Assembly: GCF_006345805.1 (NCBI RefSeq)
Contig: NC_043019.1
Coordinates: 992,001 to 1,056,000, forward strand
Length of the DNA stretch: 64,000 nucleotides
Reading direction: 5' to 3'
Origin: Octopus sinensis
Taxonomy: Eukaryota
The number at the start of each line of letters is the position of its first letter. Position 1 is the first letter of the stretch. Below the pieces are notes generated by a model. That model saw nothing but the letters and a program-made list of their open reading frames with translations, made no database searches and had not been told where the DNA came from. Both the position numbers and the translations under genes were made by a program. Below, piece by piece: positions 36,831 to 49,884 of the stretch.

Positions 36831-37062
36831 AAGGCGGCGAGCTGGCAGAATCGTTAGCACGTCGGGCAAAATACTTAGCGGTATTTCGTCTAACGTTACG
36901 TTCTGAGTTCAAATTCCGTCGAGGTCGACTTTGCCTTTCATCCTTTCTGAGTCGATTAAATAAATACCAGTTACGCACGAGGGTCGATATAATCGATTTA
37001 ATCCGTTTGTCTCTCCTTGTTCGTCCCCTCTGTGTTTAGCCCCTTGTGGGTAGTAAAGAAAC
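36831..37062 (+). mobile_element. S2 SINE, full length, tail A
   Basis: Canonical head to GTGGGTAGTAAAGAAA. Confidence 0.95.
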
Positions 37063-37184
37063 AGATATTGATAGAATCCTTCTGGGAGTTGGTAAATACG
37101 TCTTTCGAATAGAATAGGATTCGTAGTCGCTAAAACCCTTTAGGTTCGGCAATTTTTCTACTTCAACATTTCACTCAAATAAGT

Positions 37185-37390
37185 CGGTGAGATGGTACAA
37201 CCGTTAGTACGGCAGGAAAACTACTTAACTGTATCTCGTCCGTCATCATGAGTTCAAATGCGGCGATGGCCGGCTTTGCCTTTTATCCCTTCAGGGTTGA
37301 TGAAATAAGTACCAGTTGAACACCGGGCTGGATATAATCGACTTACAATCTCCTTCAAACTTGCTGGCCTTGTATAAAATTTCGAAACCG
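37185..37390 (+). mobile_element. S2 SINE, degenerate, tail B
   Basis: GAGTTCAAATG..GCTTTGCCTTTTATCCC..CTGGCCTTGTATAAAATTTCGAAACC. Confidence 0.7.
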
Positions 37391-37426
37391 ATATTTCACT
37401 CAGACAAAGCGATACTTTTAATATAC

Positions 37427-37804
37427 ACTAGCAGTATCGCCCGGCGTTGCTCGGGTTTGTAAGGGAAATAACTATAAAGCATTTTTAGAGAGTTATAGCC
37501 AAAAAATGGGAAAAAAATGATGGTAAATTTTTTTGAGAGTTAAAAAGATCGAGTTGCGTCCCCTAGACAGTCTGTGGCTTGTGTTTCTGATTCTCGACCC
37601 CATGTCGAATTTATCGATTTTTTTCAGAACTGGGGGAACTTTTCAAAATTTTCGCTGCGTTAGTCTTGAATTATGACATTGGGCTATGTGTGTGTGTCAA
37701 GTTTCATCAGAAACGGTTGAAAGCCGTGGTCAGGGTGAGGGTACAACCTGACAGACACACAGACACGCAGACAGACAAACTGCCGTTTAAATATATAGAG
37801 AGAT
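37427..37804 (+). mobile_element. Helitron/Helentron-like element sharing its 5' module with 34539
   Basis: First ~75 nt nearly identical to 34539; different 3' body; ends AAATATATAGAGAGAT. Confidence 0.65.
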
Positions 37805-38052
37805 AAGCTTAAAAAAAAAACAAAAACAGAAAAAAACGTTGGTCGAGTACAGAGTGTAATAAGAAATTTAATTAATGGCAAGGAAACAAGATATTAAGTA
37901 AAGAACTCCATCAGCTCACAGCGCTTCTCTCAATTAACGTTGACCATATATTGGGACGTGTATGAACAGGACAGGGCAAGGCATTTTTGAGGAAAACCTA
38001 CTAAGTTACCCATATTTGCAAGTGTCTCTTCCTCTCTCTCTCTCGTAATATA

Positions 38053-38284
38053 TATTTCTTTATTGCCCACAAGGGGTTAAACATAGAGGGGACAAACAAG
38101 GACAGACAAAGGGATTAAGTCGATTACATCGACCCCAGTGCGTAACTGGTATTTAATTTATCGACCCCGAAAGGATGAAAGGCAAAGTCGACCTCGGCGG
38201 AATTTGAACTCACGACGTAACGACAGACGAAATACGGCTACGCATTTCGCCCGGCCTGCTAACGTTTCTGCCAGCTCGCTGCCT
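38053..38284 (-). mobile_element. S2 SINE, full length
   Basis: Direct repeat TCTCTCTCGTAATATA on both flanks (TSD). Confidence 0.95.
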
Positions 38285-38426
38285 TTCTCTCTCGTAATAT
38301 AAAAGCCACAACAGATACAGAAAAGCAACTCGTCCGATTTATCCATAATTTAAATTGACTCCGAAAAAGATAAAAGTCAAAACTGAGCTCACGGGTATTT
38401 TAACTTAATACATTTTCTTTTCCATA

Positions 38427-38835
38427 GGCGCAGGAGTGGCTGTGTGGTAAGTAGCTTGCTAACCAGCCACATGGTTCCGGGTTCAGTCCCACTGCGTGGC
38501 ATCTTGGGCAAGTGTCTTCTGCTATAGCCCCGGGCCGACCAATGCCTCGTGAGTGGATTTGGTAGACGGAAACTGAAAGAAGCCTGTCGTATATATGTAT
38601 ATATATATATGTGTGTGTATGTATTTGTGTGTCTGTCTTTGTCCTCCTAGCATTGCTTGACAACTGATGATGGTGTGTTTACGTCCCTGTCACTTAGCGG
38701 TTCGGCGAAAGAGACCGATAGAATAAGTACTGGGCTTACAAAGAATAAGTCCCGGGGCCGATTTGCTCGACTAAAGGCGGTGCTCCAGCATGGCCGCAGT
38801 CAAATGACTGAAACAAGTAAAAAAGAAAAAGAGTA
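38427..38835 (+). mobile_element. S1 SINE, full length
   Basis: All modules present. Confidence 0.95.
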
Positions 38836-39863
38836 GTGACTTGAATTCAAGAAATATGGTTCTGCGATTTCTTGGTGAACATCCTTCACAGATGATTCGC
38901 TTATTGTGATCAAATATTTGTGCTACACATAAGCTCACTCTCTCCATCATATCAACATTGGCCGTACAGGTGCATGATACGCGACACGTCCGATGTCGAA
39001 GCGATAGCCGAGTCATCATTTTAAATGAAGTGTTTTGCTCAAGGGCACAACAAGCTACTCGGTCAATATTCGAAACAATAACCTCACAATCGTGAGTCCA
39101 ACAGCCTAACCACTAATACACAGAATCTCACTGTTATATTAATTTCCCCATTTGTCATAATTCTTTACATGATATAAGCACCAAATAGCAACTCGTTTTG
39201 AGTAGGCATAAAAAAACACCGTGTTTCCAATCTTTGAGAGTGCATAAAAAACATTAATTGTATGCTCTTTGACTTTAAACTCTAAATAGATAAATAAATA
39301 AAAAAATAAAAGGCAGCAATTTCTCAAAACTCCCGTAGGAATACTTTCTTTTATCAATTTATCAACCGAAAACGAGGAATAAATAGATAAAAATAAAATA
39401 GAAGAGATAAAAAGAAAAAATAACAACCTTCAGAAACAAGAGTCACTTTCAACATATAACCTCATGTAATTAACCAGCAAAAACGTTTCTTATGATGAAA
39501 GAAAACTGTACCTCTGGGACTGATACACTGACTGAATCATTTAATATTGTTTATAAAATACTTCAACAAAAGCACTTTCATATGTTATTGTTTGATCGAA
39601 TAGAAACAATATTTATTCGAGTGAATTGAGTTTAGTTTAATATTCTTAATCAATTTCTTTTATAATATAAAAACATTTTCTGAGAGAGAAAATATAGGCT
39701 AAATCACATATATTTTTTGTATGACATTTTTTATACTGCTCAAACATGGTAATGGAGACCCATTTTTATGTCCATTTAACAAAACAATTTCATAACTACT
39801 CTGATAGCAGGAGTTTCAATGTTATAAAGGCGAAGCGTTGATATTCAAATGTGATACAATATC

Positions 39864-40345
39864 TATTTCTTTACTACCCACAAGGGCCTAAACACAGAGA
39901 GGACAAACAAGGACAGACAAAGCGATTAAGTCGATTATATCGACCCCAGTGCGTAACTGGTATTTAATTCATCGGCCCCGAAAGGATGAAAGGCAAAGTT
40001 GACCTCGGCGGAATTTGAACTCAGAACGTAGCGGCAGACGAAATGCTGCTAAGCATTTCACCCGACGTGCTACGATTCTGACAGCTTGCCGCCTTCAAAT
40101 GTGATATTATACCTATTTCTTTATTACCCACAAGGGGCTAAACATAGAGGGGACGAACAAGGTCAGACAAAGCGATTAAGTCGATTATATCGACCCCAGT
40201 GCGTAACTGGTATTTAATTTATCAACCCCGAAAGGATGAAAGGCAAAGTCGACCTCGGCGGAATTTGAACTCAGAACGTAGCGGCAGACGAAATACTGCT
40301 AAGCATTTCACCCGGCGTGCTAACGATTCTGCCAGCTCGCCGCCC
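39864..40345 (-). mobile_element. Head-to-tail S2 dimer
   Basis: Copies 39864-40095 and 40114-40345; TCAAATGTGATA occurs left, between and right. Confidence 0.93.
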
Positions 40346-41115
40346 TCAAATGTGATATTATACCATGAAAGAGAACTTTCCTTTATGGAGCGTACATTCC
40401 ATACATTAATTTCAAAGTACAAATATCCCCAACATCATTTCATAATTTATAAACTGAACAATAGGCAGAGATTTGATGCTGTTTTTGTTAGGGTTGTTTT
40501 AATCTAAATCAACTTATCCACCGGTGGTCATACCGTCACCTTATATACATGTGTTCAGTTTTTCTCTACTTTGACTATTATTTGCTTCCCTGCTTCGATG
40601 GCAGCCATGCTAGGGTACCGCATTTTTGGAACGAGTCAGCCTAATAATTATGTTTAAGCTCGATGCTTAATCCGTGTATCTCTTTTATGCAACCGCTAGA
40701 TCATCCTACCACTATCATACCATCACGCATTCTCTTATTATTCTTTCTCTTCTCTTTCTCTCAACTAGAAAATATCAAAATTACACGCTGTTTTACACGC
40801 AGTGGAAATGAAACCGGACCATGTGGTTGGTAAGCAAGCTACTTACCACACAGCCACTATAGGAAAAGGAATAGTATTAGTATTAGGAAAAGTATTATAT
40901 AATTTCCACAGCCTAGTACCGTGACAACTAAAACTTTTCTAGCTCTACATATTAAATCCGATGCGCTACATAATATCCTATAGCGTGATACTTTCCGAAG
41001 ATTTTTTGTCATGAAGCTTGGCGAAAGCAGAGCACTTTCCTATTGTTTTTTTTTGCATTTTGATTTTTTAAAATGTCATTTTCCATTTCTCTCTCTCTCT
41101 CACCTCTCTTTCGTC

Positions 41116-41215
41116 NNNNNNNNNNNNNNNNNNNNNNNNNNNNNNNNNNNNNNNNNNNNNNNNNNNNNNNNNNNNNNNNNNNNNNNNNNNNNNNNNNNNN
41201 NNNNNNNNNNNNNNN
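41116..41215. other. Assembly gap (100 N)
   Basis: Run of N. Confidence 1.
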
Positions 41216-41433
41216 TACACTTGCAAACACACACAGATACACACACGCACACATACACACGTACACAGGCATAACATTTTTCTATTTTGTTTGCAATGTT
41301 CTTGATATGCACACGGGTGCTGAGAGCTTTCTGGCGTAATGCCCCTCCAATCGACACACAACTATATATATATATAATATACGCGTGTCCGTGCGTATGT
41401 CTATCTGTGTGCGTGTATATATATATATATATA

Positions 41434-41464
<31 letters not shown>

Positions 41465-41580
41465 CAACCTATGTATATATATATGATAATGTATATATAT
41501 ATACTTATATAATAAATTCAGGGTGAATACTTGATAAGTATAAGCACGTGTATATGCCAGCTAGTAGCAGAGGTGAGAGG

Positions 41581-41756
41581 ATATATGTATCAAATGACAT
41601 AAAAAGACAGAACACAAAGGATGTCGCGGTACAAATGTTTCGAGCTTTATAAAACGACTTATTCTTGATGTAAGAATACGTTGTTTTATAAAGCTCGAAA
41701 CATGTGCACCGCGACATCCTTTGTGTTCTGTTTTTTATGTCATTTGATACATATAT
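41581..41756. mobile_element. Fold-back element (about 75-bp arms) carrying the 3' half of a hammerhead, abutting (TA)n
   Basis: Arms 41581-41655 and 41683-41756. Arms read AAAGCTC-GAAA-CATTTG-TA-CCGCG (minus) and AAAGCTC-GAAA-CATGTG-CA-CCGCG (plus). Confidence 0.78.
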
Positions 41757-42689
41757 ATATACTTATATATATGCATATATTTACACATATATACATACAT
41801 ATACATAGATACATACAACACACACACACATATATGTGTCTAGAACATTTACCACTCACATGGACAATAAACCCTGATGACTTATACGTCCATTAGATCT
41901 CTGTTCCTGTTTCTTTGAATGTGTAGTTGCCACTCCAAACTGATTCGTATTCAGAGTGCCAATAGCTTCACCACCAATGATTTTAAATTCACTTCCATCT
42001 CCTGTCTGTTTTATCTATTGCACCTCTATTCGTTCTCTATGTTAGAGAAGTCATTCTCCATCTCTTTACTTTTCTGTTCTTGTTCTCTACTTCCCTTTTT
42101 CCTTCATACGTTACATATATTTACCTTCCTCTCTTTGCATTTTCATTTCTGTATCTCCCACCCTCTGCCTTCCGTCCTTTACATCTACCATACGAGCTAT
42201 TTTGCCAGCATTCTCTTGATGAGCTAAGTTGGGCTGATTGTAATATAAAGAGTATTCCGTAGCTCCAGGATTCCCGAAACAGCTGCCGAGTTAAGAAATT
42301 ATGTGTTCTTTTCTTAGTATTATGTACTTTTTATGCCCTCTATAAAATATCTGTATGCGCATATATGTGTATATGTGTGTATAAGCCGTACATGTACAGA
42401 TTAAAGCATACATACATATACATATATATGTATGCATGTATATATGTTTGTGCGTGTGTGAGTGAGTGTGTTTGTCTTTAGAAATGTATAGTCATCCAAT
42501 CAAATCTAGAGAATTTAGTTTGTAGTTAATAGAAATACCTTTAGGGAAATGACACTATTTTCAGTCTCTTTCTGACTGATTTCTAGTTGTGACACTTGCC
42601 ACTGGGAGTAATCTAAATATTCCATACATGATACGATTAGTAATTTGAAGAACCATTTCAGGACATAGAAATTATATGAGAAGTTAAAT

Positions 42690-42895
42690 TATAGCGTATT
42701 CAATTTGTGATTTCTATGAGGGCACCTAAATTCGTGTATGTAGCAGTCAAATACCTGTCAACGGGAGTAACTGAAATGATCAAAGAAGGAAGTGAAAATT
42801 ATTTGAGGATGATTCCTGGCTCAACGTCCATGCAGAAAGGACAAAAGATTTGTCTTATTGTTACATCAAACGTATTGAGAAGAATGTTGTCGCGG
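42690..42895 (+). mobile_element. R4/Dong-like ORF C-terminus, decayed
   Basis: MIKEGSENYLRMIPG..QKICLIVTSNVLRRMLS resembles the REL-clade terminus (KYL..IPG..QK..LLGTAHILRRVL). Confidence 0.7.
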
Positions 42896-43121
42896 ATTTT
42901 CCTCCTTTATTTCCCCTCTTTATTTTCTTTGGTTCCTTTCTCCTTTAATTTTTTTTCTTTTTTCCTCCCTGCATTTCTTCCCCTTCCTTATCCTATTACG
43001 TGACATTGTAAATGAACAATGTGGTGCGTTTTATTTTGATGGCCTACCAGTGAATACAATGAGTTACTTTGCCCCAGGTGTTAGGAAGACACTCGGCAAG
43101 AAATGGAAACAAAATTGAAAG

Positions 43122-43156
<35 letters not shown>

Positions 43157-43259
43157 TCTCATCGTCATCATCATCATTGTTATTATTATTATTGTTGTTG
43201 TTTTTGCTTTTGTTGTTATTATTATTATTGTTTGTTTGACTTTTGCTTTGTATTTGTAC

Positions 43260-44260
43260 AAGTTAACTCCAAATATCCCCCATAGACCCCAAGAGAGAAG
43301 TTACAAGTTCAAGTTGGTGCTATGACTAGGGAGCCATACATTTGGTTTTGCATAAAGTATTAGAGTACTACAGAATATCTAAGAAGACATAAGATAATTA
43401 TACGTTCGTTATACAATTTAGGATTACATAGATAGTATTTTACGTAGGATATGGGCAGTTCCGAGGAGCACTATCCTTTGAATTTCTGCCATTTTGGGAT
43501 TTCCTCGTATCTGAGCTAGGTAGCAATCAACGCCATTTGCTATAATTCCTAGGGCACCTATGACAACAGGTATTGTTTTAGTCTTGAGGCTCCACATTTT
43601 GCCAATTTCTATTTCAAAATCTTTATACTTGCTCAGTTTTTGGTCGGTCTTGACAGATACATTTACGTCCATTGAGAGAGCCATATCGATTTTTATCTGA
43701 ACTCCTTCAATCTAACGTCTAACCTATTCGCATCTATCTTTCAGTCAGATTGAACGGTGAAGGTCTAGAGGAGCGAGAAGTAGTCATTTTCAATCACTAA
43801 AGGTGGTTTATATTCCCACCTGTTTTTATCATGGGGCAAGTCCAGGTTTTTGCAAATTACTCAGTGAATATACTGTGCTGCTCTATCATGCCTGTTGAGA
43901 TACTCTGTTGCCACAAGACTGCACAAGGAAACATGATCAATGACTTCATTTTGTTGTTTACATACACGACATATTCTTTAATATTTTGGATGGGTAGTTC
44001 CTTGTAGGTAGGCATTGATCTTCGGGTGCTATGATAAATCCTTCTGTCTCTGATTTTAAGCCAGAAGACACTAACCATTGATGAGTAAAGGCTTTGTCAG
44101 CATCGGCATTATTAGATCTATTTGGGTATTTGCCATTGCGAGGTTTTACTTGCCATTTATCTGTCAGAATATCTAAGACAGTAGTTTTAGCAGGGTTTTC
44201 ATACGCTTAGCTTTTTCTGTGCTTTTTCTAATTCTAGGACTTGTTTTCTCTAGAATTCAC
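43260..44260 (-). mobile_element. R4/Dong-like non-LTR 3' portion
   Basis: KWQVKP..GKYP..WLVSSGLKSETEGFIIAPEDQCLPTRNY; RHDRAAQYIH; KLSKYKDFEIEIGKMWSLKTKTIPVVIGALG..LLGTAHILRKILSM*; ends in (AAT)n. Confidence 0.92.
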
Positions 44261-44317
44261 TTTGCTTGTTTTGTTGTTGCTATTATTATTATCATTATCA
44301 TTACTATTATTATTATT

Positions 44318-44520
44318 AAGGCGGTGAGCTGGCAGAGTCGTTAGCATGCCAGGCAAAATGCATAGCGGCCTTTGGTCCAGCTATACGTTCTGATTTCAAA
44401 TTCCGCGAGGTCGACTTTGCTTTTCATTCTGTCGGGATCGATGAATTAGGTACCAGTAAAACTCTGGGGTAGATCTGATCCACTCGTCCACTTACCTAAT
44501 ATTTAAGGCCTTGTAATGGA
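44318..44520 (+). mobile_element. S2 SINE, degenerate, tail B
   Basis: AAGGCGGTGAGCTGGCAGAGTCGTTAGC..GTCGACTTTGCTTTTCATTC..AGGCCTTGT. Confidence 0.85.
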
Positions 44521-44675
44521 GACGAAACTGGACAAACGACGACAAATGTTGAACAACGCTTGAACCGTAAATGGAAGATACTCAGATTTTTGCAAGCTAA
44601 CATGTTTGACGTGAACAATAATATGTTACTAAATGCAAGGCATATGGACAGAAAATGAAAAGGCTGGTCATAAGC

Positions 44676-44940
44676 AAAGTTAATGGTTTTTGAGCCTGGT
44701 TGATATATAGACCAAAGTATGTGGTTTTTGAGCCTGGTTGATATAGAGACAAAGTAAGTGGTTTTTGAGCCTGGTTGATATAGAGATCAAAGTAAGTGGT
44801 TTTTGAGCCTGGTTGATATAGAGATCAAAGTAAATGGTTTTTGAGCCTGGTTGATATAAAGACCAAAGTAAGTGGTTTTTGAGCCTGGTTGATATAGAGA
44901 TCAAAGTAAGTGGTTTTTGAGCCTGGTTGATATAGTGACC
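44676..44940. repeat. 38-bp minisatellite, 7 units
   Basis: Unit GTGGTTTTTGAGCCTGGTTGATATAGAGATCAAAGTAA; GGTTTTT starts at 44685, 44723, 44760, 44798, 44836, 44874, 44912. Confidence 0.95.
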
Positions 44941-44944
44941 ATCA

Positions 44945-46130
44945 GTGAAAAAACAGCCAGCTAAACATGAAACAATGAAACAAACTGTAAGAGGAGAGTA
45001 TACAAGGTAAATAACAAAAATATTACGGTGACGGTTGAAATAAAGAAATGTTACTGAATCAGTGAATTAGAAAGTAGCATCATTTATCAGATTTTAGCTG
45101 GAATTGTGAACTGGACAAAAATACGAAAGGCAAGACGCCGGGAGGAAACATAGAATGCTTCTGACTATATATGGATCGTCCTCACACCATACGAAATTAA
45201 TATAAAACGGTTGCGCTTTAAGATAGATCTATGTGGAAGCTGCTTCATTGGTGTTGAAGAGTGTGAGAATGAGCCGAAGCAGCTGACTGGGACTGTTTGC
45301 AGTGCAACACAGAAAATTTACACAAAACAGTAACTAGAGAACAGTTGATCGAAACAGATGGTAAAAATAGCAACAATATTATTCAATGAAATGTTGAGGA
45401 GACTGAAGAAAAATGCTAGCGTGATCAGTTTTGTAAATCACTGAGGAGAAAAGGAACAACTGAAAAAGAAACAGAAGGCCTTATTATATCACCCCAAGAT
45501 CAAGCACTGCAAATAAGCAAATTGAGGAAATATGTATATGGGGTGAAGGTGTCGTTAAAATATAGAGTATGAGAAGTCTGCGGTGAAACAATAGCATACA
45601 CCGTTGCAGAATTCCCCTAGTTGGTTTAGGAAGAATATAAGAAATGGAGACATGATCAAGTTGTGAAAGTTTTATCTGAGAAGCTTTGTCAAAAATGAGT
45701 GTTTTTAGCAAGACGTGCAAGGTGAAATTCTCGAGTAAAACTTGAATCGGAAACATGCAAGATTACATCGGATTTTCTCGTTCAAGTTTATAAGCAGATG
45801 GATCGTAACTATTCTAGTCATAGACAAGGGAAATTGAGTTAGCATATTGATCGATTCATTATATCCGTTTAATTCTGCAGCTGTGAAGAAAGCAGATTAA
45901 GATTGCTTAAAGCAGATTAAAAGTTGAAAACAACTACCGCTTAAAATTTGAAATAGCAAAGACTTGAAATATCAAATATGTAAAGATTTCTCCTCTGATA
46001 ATTGGTGCATTGGGGACTTTGAATTATTAAACCGACAAACGAATAAAAGAGATTGGAATGGTGTATCCAGTAGAGATGTTAAGGTAGGTTAGCGCCTTAT
46101 GAACAGGGAATATCAGAAGAAGGGTTTTGA
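44945..46130 (+). mobile_element. R4/Dong-like element, decayed RT thumb, CCHC knuckle and REL endonuclease
   Basis: GIVNWTK.., FIGVEEC, APQDQAL, GETIAY..EEYKKWRHDQV, KFEIAK..PLIIGALGT; followed by an (AAT/AAC)n tract at 46237-46313. Confidence 0.8.
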
Positions 46131-46314
46131 GAACGTGGTGGCTAATTAAATTTACGTGGACAGGTAAGATTACTTGTAGTAGGCCGCTATCCATACGAGT
46201 CCTATCACGATTAAATTCAATCTAGAACCAAGAAAATAATAATAATGATAATAATAACAACAATAATAACAACATCAATAATAACTACAATGATAATAAC
46301 AACAATAACAACAA

Positions 46315-46586
46315 CAATAATAACTACAACAATAACAACAACAATAATAACAACAACAATAATAATAATAATAATGGCTTCAAATTTTGCGACGAGGGCA
46401 GTAGTTTGGGGGGAGGGGATGAGTCGAGTACATCGACCCCAGTGTTCAACTGGTACTTAATTTATCGACTTCGAATGTATGAGAGGTAAAGTCGACCTCG
46501 AAGGAATTTGAACTCAGAATGTAGCGATGAGCGAGATGCCCCTAAGCATTTCGTCCGGCGCGGTAACGCTTGTACCACCTCACCAC
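46315..46586 (-). mobile_element. S2 SINE, tail B, degenerate
   Basis: GGCTTCAAATTTTGCGACGAGGGC..GGGGGAGGGG..CATCGACCCCAGTG..AAAGTCGACCTCG. Confidence 0.85.
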
Positions 46587-47135
46587 TGAAAGGAATTCTT
46601 TTTGTGGTTTGAATAATTCACCTCTGAAAACATTGGTGTTTCGTTCAACACCCTAAAACTACCTTTTTCAGAGAATTTTTGAGAAGGATGGGCTGCTCGA
46701 CGTACAGAAAATTCTAACTCGGCCTCGCCTGCTAGGTCATGTGGTGTTTTTCTTGATATGAGATCCCCATGTCGCGCTCATATGGTTGTGATGCATGTGC
46801 CTGGTGTACGCGTTCCAAATTTTGGGTTCAAAGTTTATAATACGACAATAAACCATCCGTTTGATATGGATGATATGAAGTTGTTTGTTTGAAATGAAGA
46901 AATAGTAGGGCTGCTAATAAGAGTTCAGCAATGATATCGGGATGGATTTTGGCCTTGGTAAGTGTGCTACAGCAACATTTGTAAGTGGAAAGTTCAGGCA
47001 AACAACTTCCATTAAATTAGACAGCGACGCTGTCATCAAGGAGCTTTGACCCACAAGAAAGGGACGGAGATAAATTAGGATCCTAAATATTATGTGTCTA
47101 AATCACACAAATCAGACCGCATAATCAATCGAGTA

Positions 47136-47221
47136 GACTACCTGCCTAGAGGTGCACCAGGTTGGGATACAAAAAGGAACTTCTGGGGCAAACCTATAAA
47201 CTAATAATGTGAATGGTAGTC
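47136..47221 (+). ncRNA. Possible decayed HDV-like ribozyme
   Basis: P2 GACTACC/GGTAGTC; P3 TGC/GCA around an 8-nt loop; 7-nt P1' ending in U; GGG; J4/2 GTGAA where GCGAA is expected. P1 5' strand and P1.1 poorly supported. Confidence 0.35.
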
Positions 47222-47451
47222 AGAACCAAAGAAACCCCAACCCTGAACCGTTGGAATATACATCATAAAATAGCACAAGAAATCAAAGTATAAAGCAGAA
47301 ATGAGTAAGAGAGGATTATAAAGACGTAATGAAGGTTTTTCACACAGCAATAAATAGTTCATAACGGATATTGACCAAATAGAGAAATGGAGTCAGCAAA
47401 AGGACATGACTACATACGAACGATGCAGGAAATACGCGCATGTATATCATC

Positions 47452-47745
47452 ATCATTTGTCATTGTTCGACCGTGGTCGAGACAATGGAATTTACTATGT
47501 TACGCCAGACTCCTCGGTCCATCATAGCATTACGGAGGTCCTGTTGCTGGATGCCTATTTCCCTGGAGATTACATCAGGTTAGGAGAGTGTGCTCCCTCC
47601 GGTATCGCGAGCAGATGGCTTCCAGAGGAGAAGAGTAGAAATTACCACGTCTTCAGCTCTACAACAATGTCCAGCAAACTGGACTCTTCTACCTTTCACA
47701 AGAGATAATACAGGTGGTAGTTTCTCATATATTTGTACTTTGTTT
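47452..47745 (-). mobile_element. RTE-clade LINE 3' end
   Basis: MRAQNFSWKRHPNK..LPPVLSLVKGRRVQFAGHCCRAED; homologous to 61467-61813; (TGA)n tail. Confidence 0.92.
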
Positions 47746-49663
47746 GGATGACGCTTCCACGAGAAATTTTGAGCTCTCATGTGTATATCATAAGAAAGAA
47801 AAGATTCACACAATCTGAACTATTTGCAATAAAGGTGAGAAATGATCAACTGAATAAACAAGTCTTACAAAACGAAACAAAGAGTGCTAAAAATCCTATA
47901 GTAAATGTTCATAGCATGACTGAAGAAGAAGCCTGGCACGGTAATTATGCTTAGGCAGAAGATAACAAATTAGGCCCCAGACGTCGAAGATTGGGAAGAG
48001 GATATATCAGTTCTCGAAGACGATAAGAGTGAAACCGCAGAAGCCAAGGAAAATATTTACAGAATTGTGTGTAACCCTATGCAATGATTTGAAGAATGGA
48101 ATCTCGCTTCCAAAATTGCAAAACAGTAACAAAAAAGCATGAAAGAGTAAAGTGTGTGATGCATTAATGGAAGAAATAATGAGGGGAGATGAAATTGAGT
48201 TAATAACCATAATTAACGTTAAATACACTATGGTTGAGGCTTTGAGCTAGCGTGGTGAACCCAAAGGGAAAATGGAATATGTCAACAAACAGCAAAATTG
48301 GAAAATCAAAGGACAGAAATAAATTAAACATCAGTGAAGAAAACGGTTGATTGCTGTTGAACTCTCAATAGGAATAAGTGTCGAAACCAAAAAATAAAGC
48401 AAGGGAAGTTGAAATAATATTGAAATTAAGACGTGCAAATTCTCCTTAACTTTAAAGAGATGCTGAAACACAGCATGCTGTTCAATCCACAACGGTTTTT
48501 TAAAAAAAAGAAACGGAGAATAAAAGGTTTTCCAAATGGACGCAAAGAAATTTTAGGGAGCAATGGAGAAACAACCAATAGAATTAGAAGATCCATCAAA
48601 TATGAGAGATGAGGTATTTTGAAGTATCTGAAGTTGCTCAAGAAGATTATAATGAAGAAGCAGGTTGGATTAACGTGGATTAACTGAAAGAATGAAAGAT
48701 GGATCGTGTTTAAAGTGTAAGAGCTTAGTCAGACCTTTATAAAAGCACACAACGAGAAATCACTATGAATAAAACACATGCCAGATTAATGTTTAAATAC
48801 CATTATAGGAATGCACAATGCATTCGCCAAGAAAATAAGTGCAAAATCCCGAGTAAGTTCCCAAGTGGTTGACAGAAGACAGCGTACCTTCTAACTAATA
48901 TACCAGTAACTAAAAAAAAATGAAGTAAAGTCCTATTGGATGCCTTGCCACTATTAACAATATTCTGATTTGAATACCTTTTCAAATAATATTCTCTATT
49001 CTTGAAGGAAGCATAACATTGTTCTAGAACAAAACGAAAGTAAAAAGAACTCCTGTGGATATAAAGCGCAACAAAGGATTAACCAAACGATACTAGAAAA
49101 TTATATAAAGAGTAAGAAATTAAGTACTGCATGAATTGTTTACCGCGAAGCTTTCGTCAATGTTCTCCATGAGTGGATATTGAAAGCTCTCCAAAAATAC
49201 AAGTTCACTCCAGTAATTGCCTTCGACATATTATAACAAAGTGGGAGAAAACAAATCTCTCTATATAAATCTCAAGAACTAAATTATGTAATCAAGTAAA
49301 ATCAAAACACGCTGTGAATTTCCCAAGATGATTCTCTTTCGGTTCTCTTGTTTTGTGTGATCTTCCATTCCTTTTTGTTAGTGAGCTGAATAACGTTGAG
49401 TACGGATAAAAAAATCATTAATAGCAAAATCACTCATTTATTCTTTACGGATGACATGGACTATACGTCAAAAATGATCAATTGAACGAACTCTTAATAA
49501 CGGTAGGTAAACAGTTTAAACATCGACATAGAAATAGAATAGACACATGATAAGTGCGCAAAAGCCGGTTTCTAACGGTGAAACTTTACTATGACACCAT
49601 CCACCACACTTGGCCTAAGCACTACTATATAGGAAATTACTCTGGAGCACTAATAAAATATCT

Positions 49664-49884
49664 ATTTCTTTACTACCCACAAGGGGCTAAACACAGAGGG
49701 GACAAACAAGGACCTGACAAAGGGATTAAGTCGATTATATCGACCCCAGTGCGTAACTGGAACTTAATTTATCGACCCTGAAAGGATGAAAGCCAAAGTC
49801 GACCTCGGCGGAATTTGAACTCAGAACGTAACGGCTACGCATTTCGCCCGGTGTGCTAACGATTCTGCCAGCTCGACGCCATTT
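49664..49884 (-). mobile_element. S2 SINE inserted in the R4-like RT
   Basis: 21-bp TSD TGGAGCACTAATAAAATATCT at 49643-49663 and 49885-49905. Confidence 0.95.

Noticed and set aside
41880-42020. Minus-strand KIIGGE resembling a serine-protease activation site
   Set aside because: Following residues lack the PWQVSL-like motif and there is no pyrimidine-rich acceptor.
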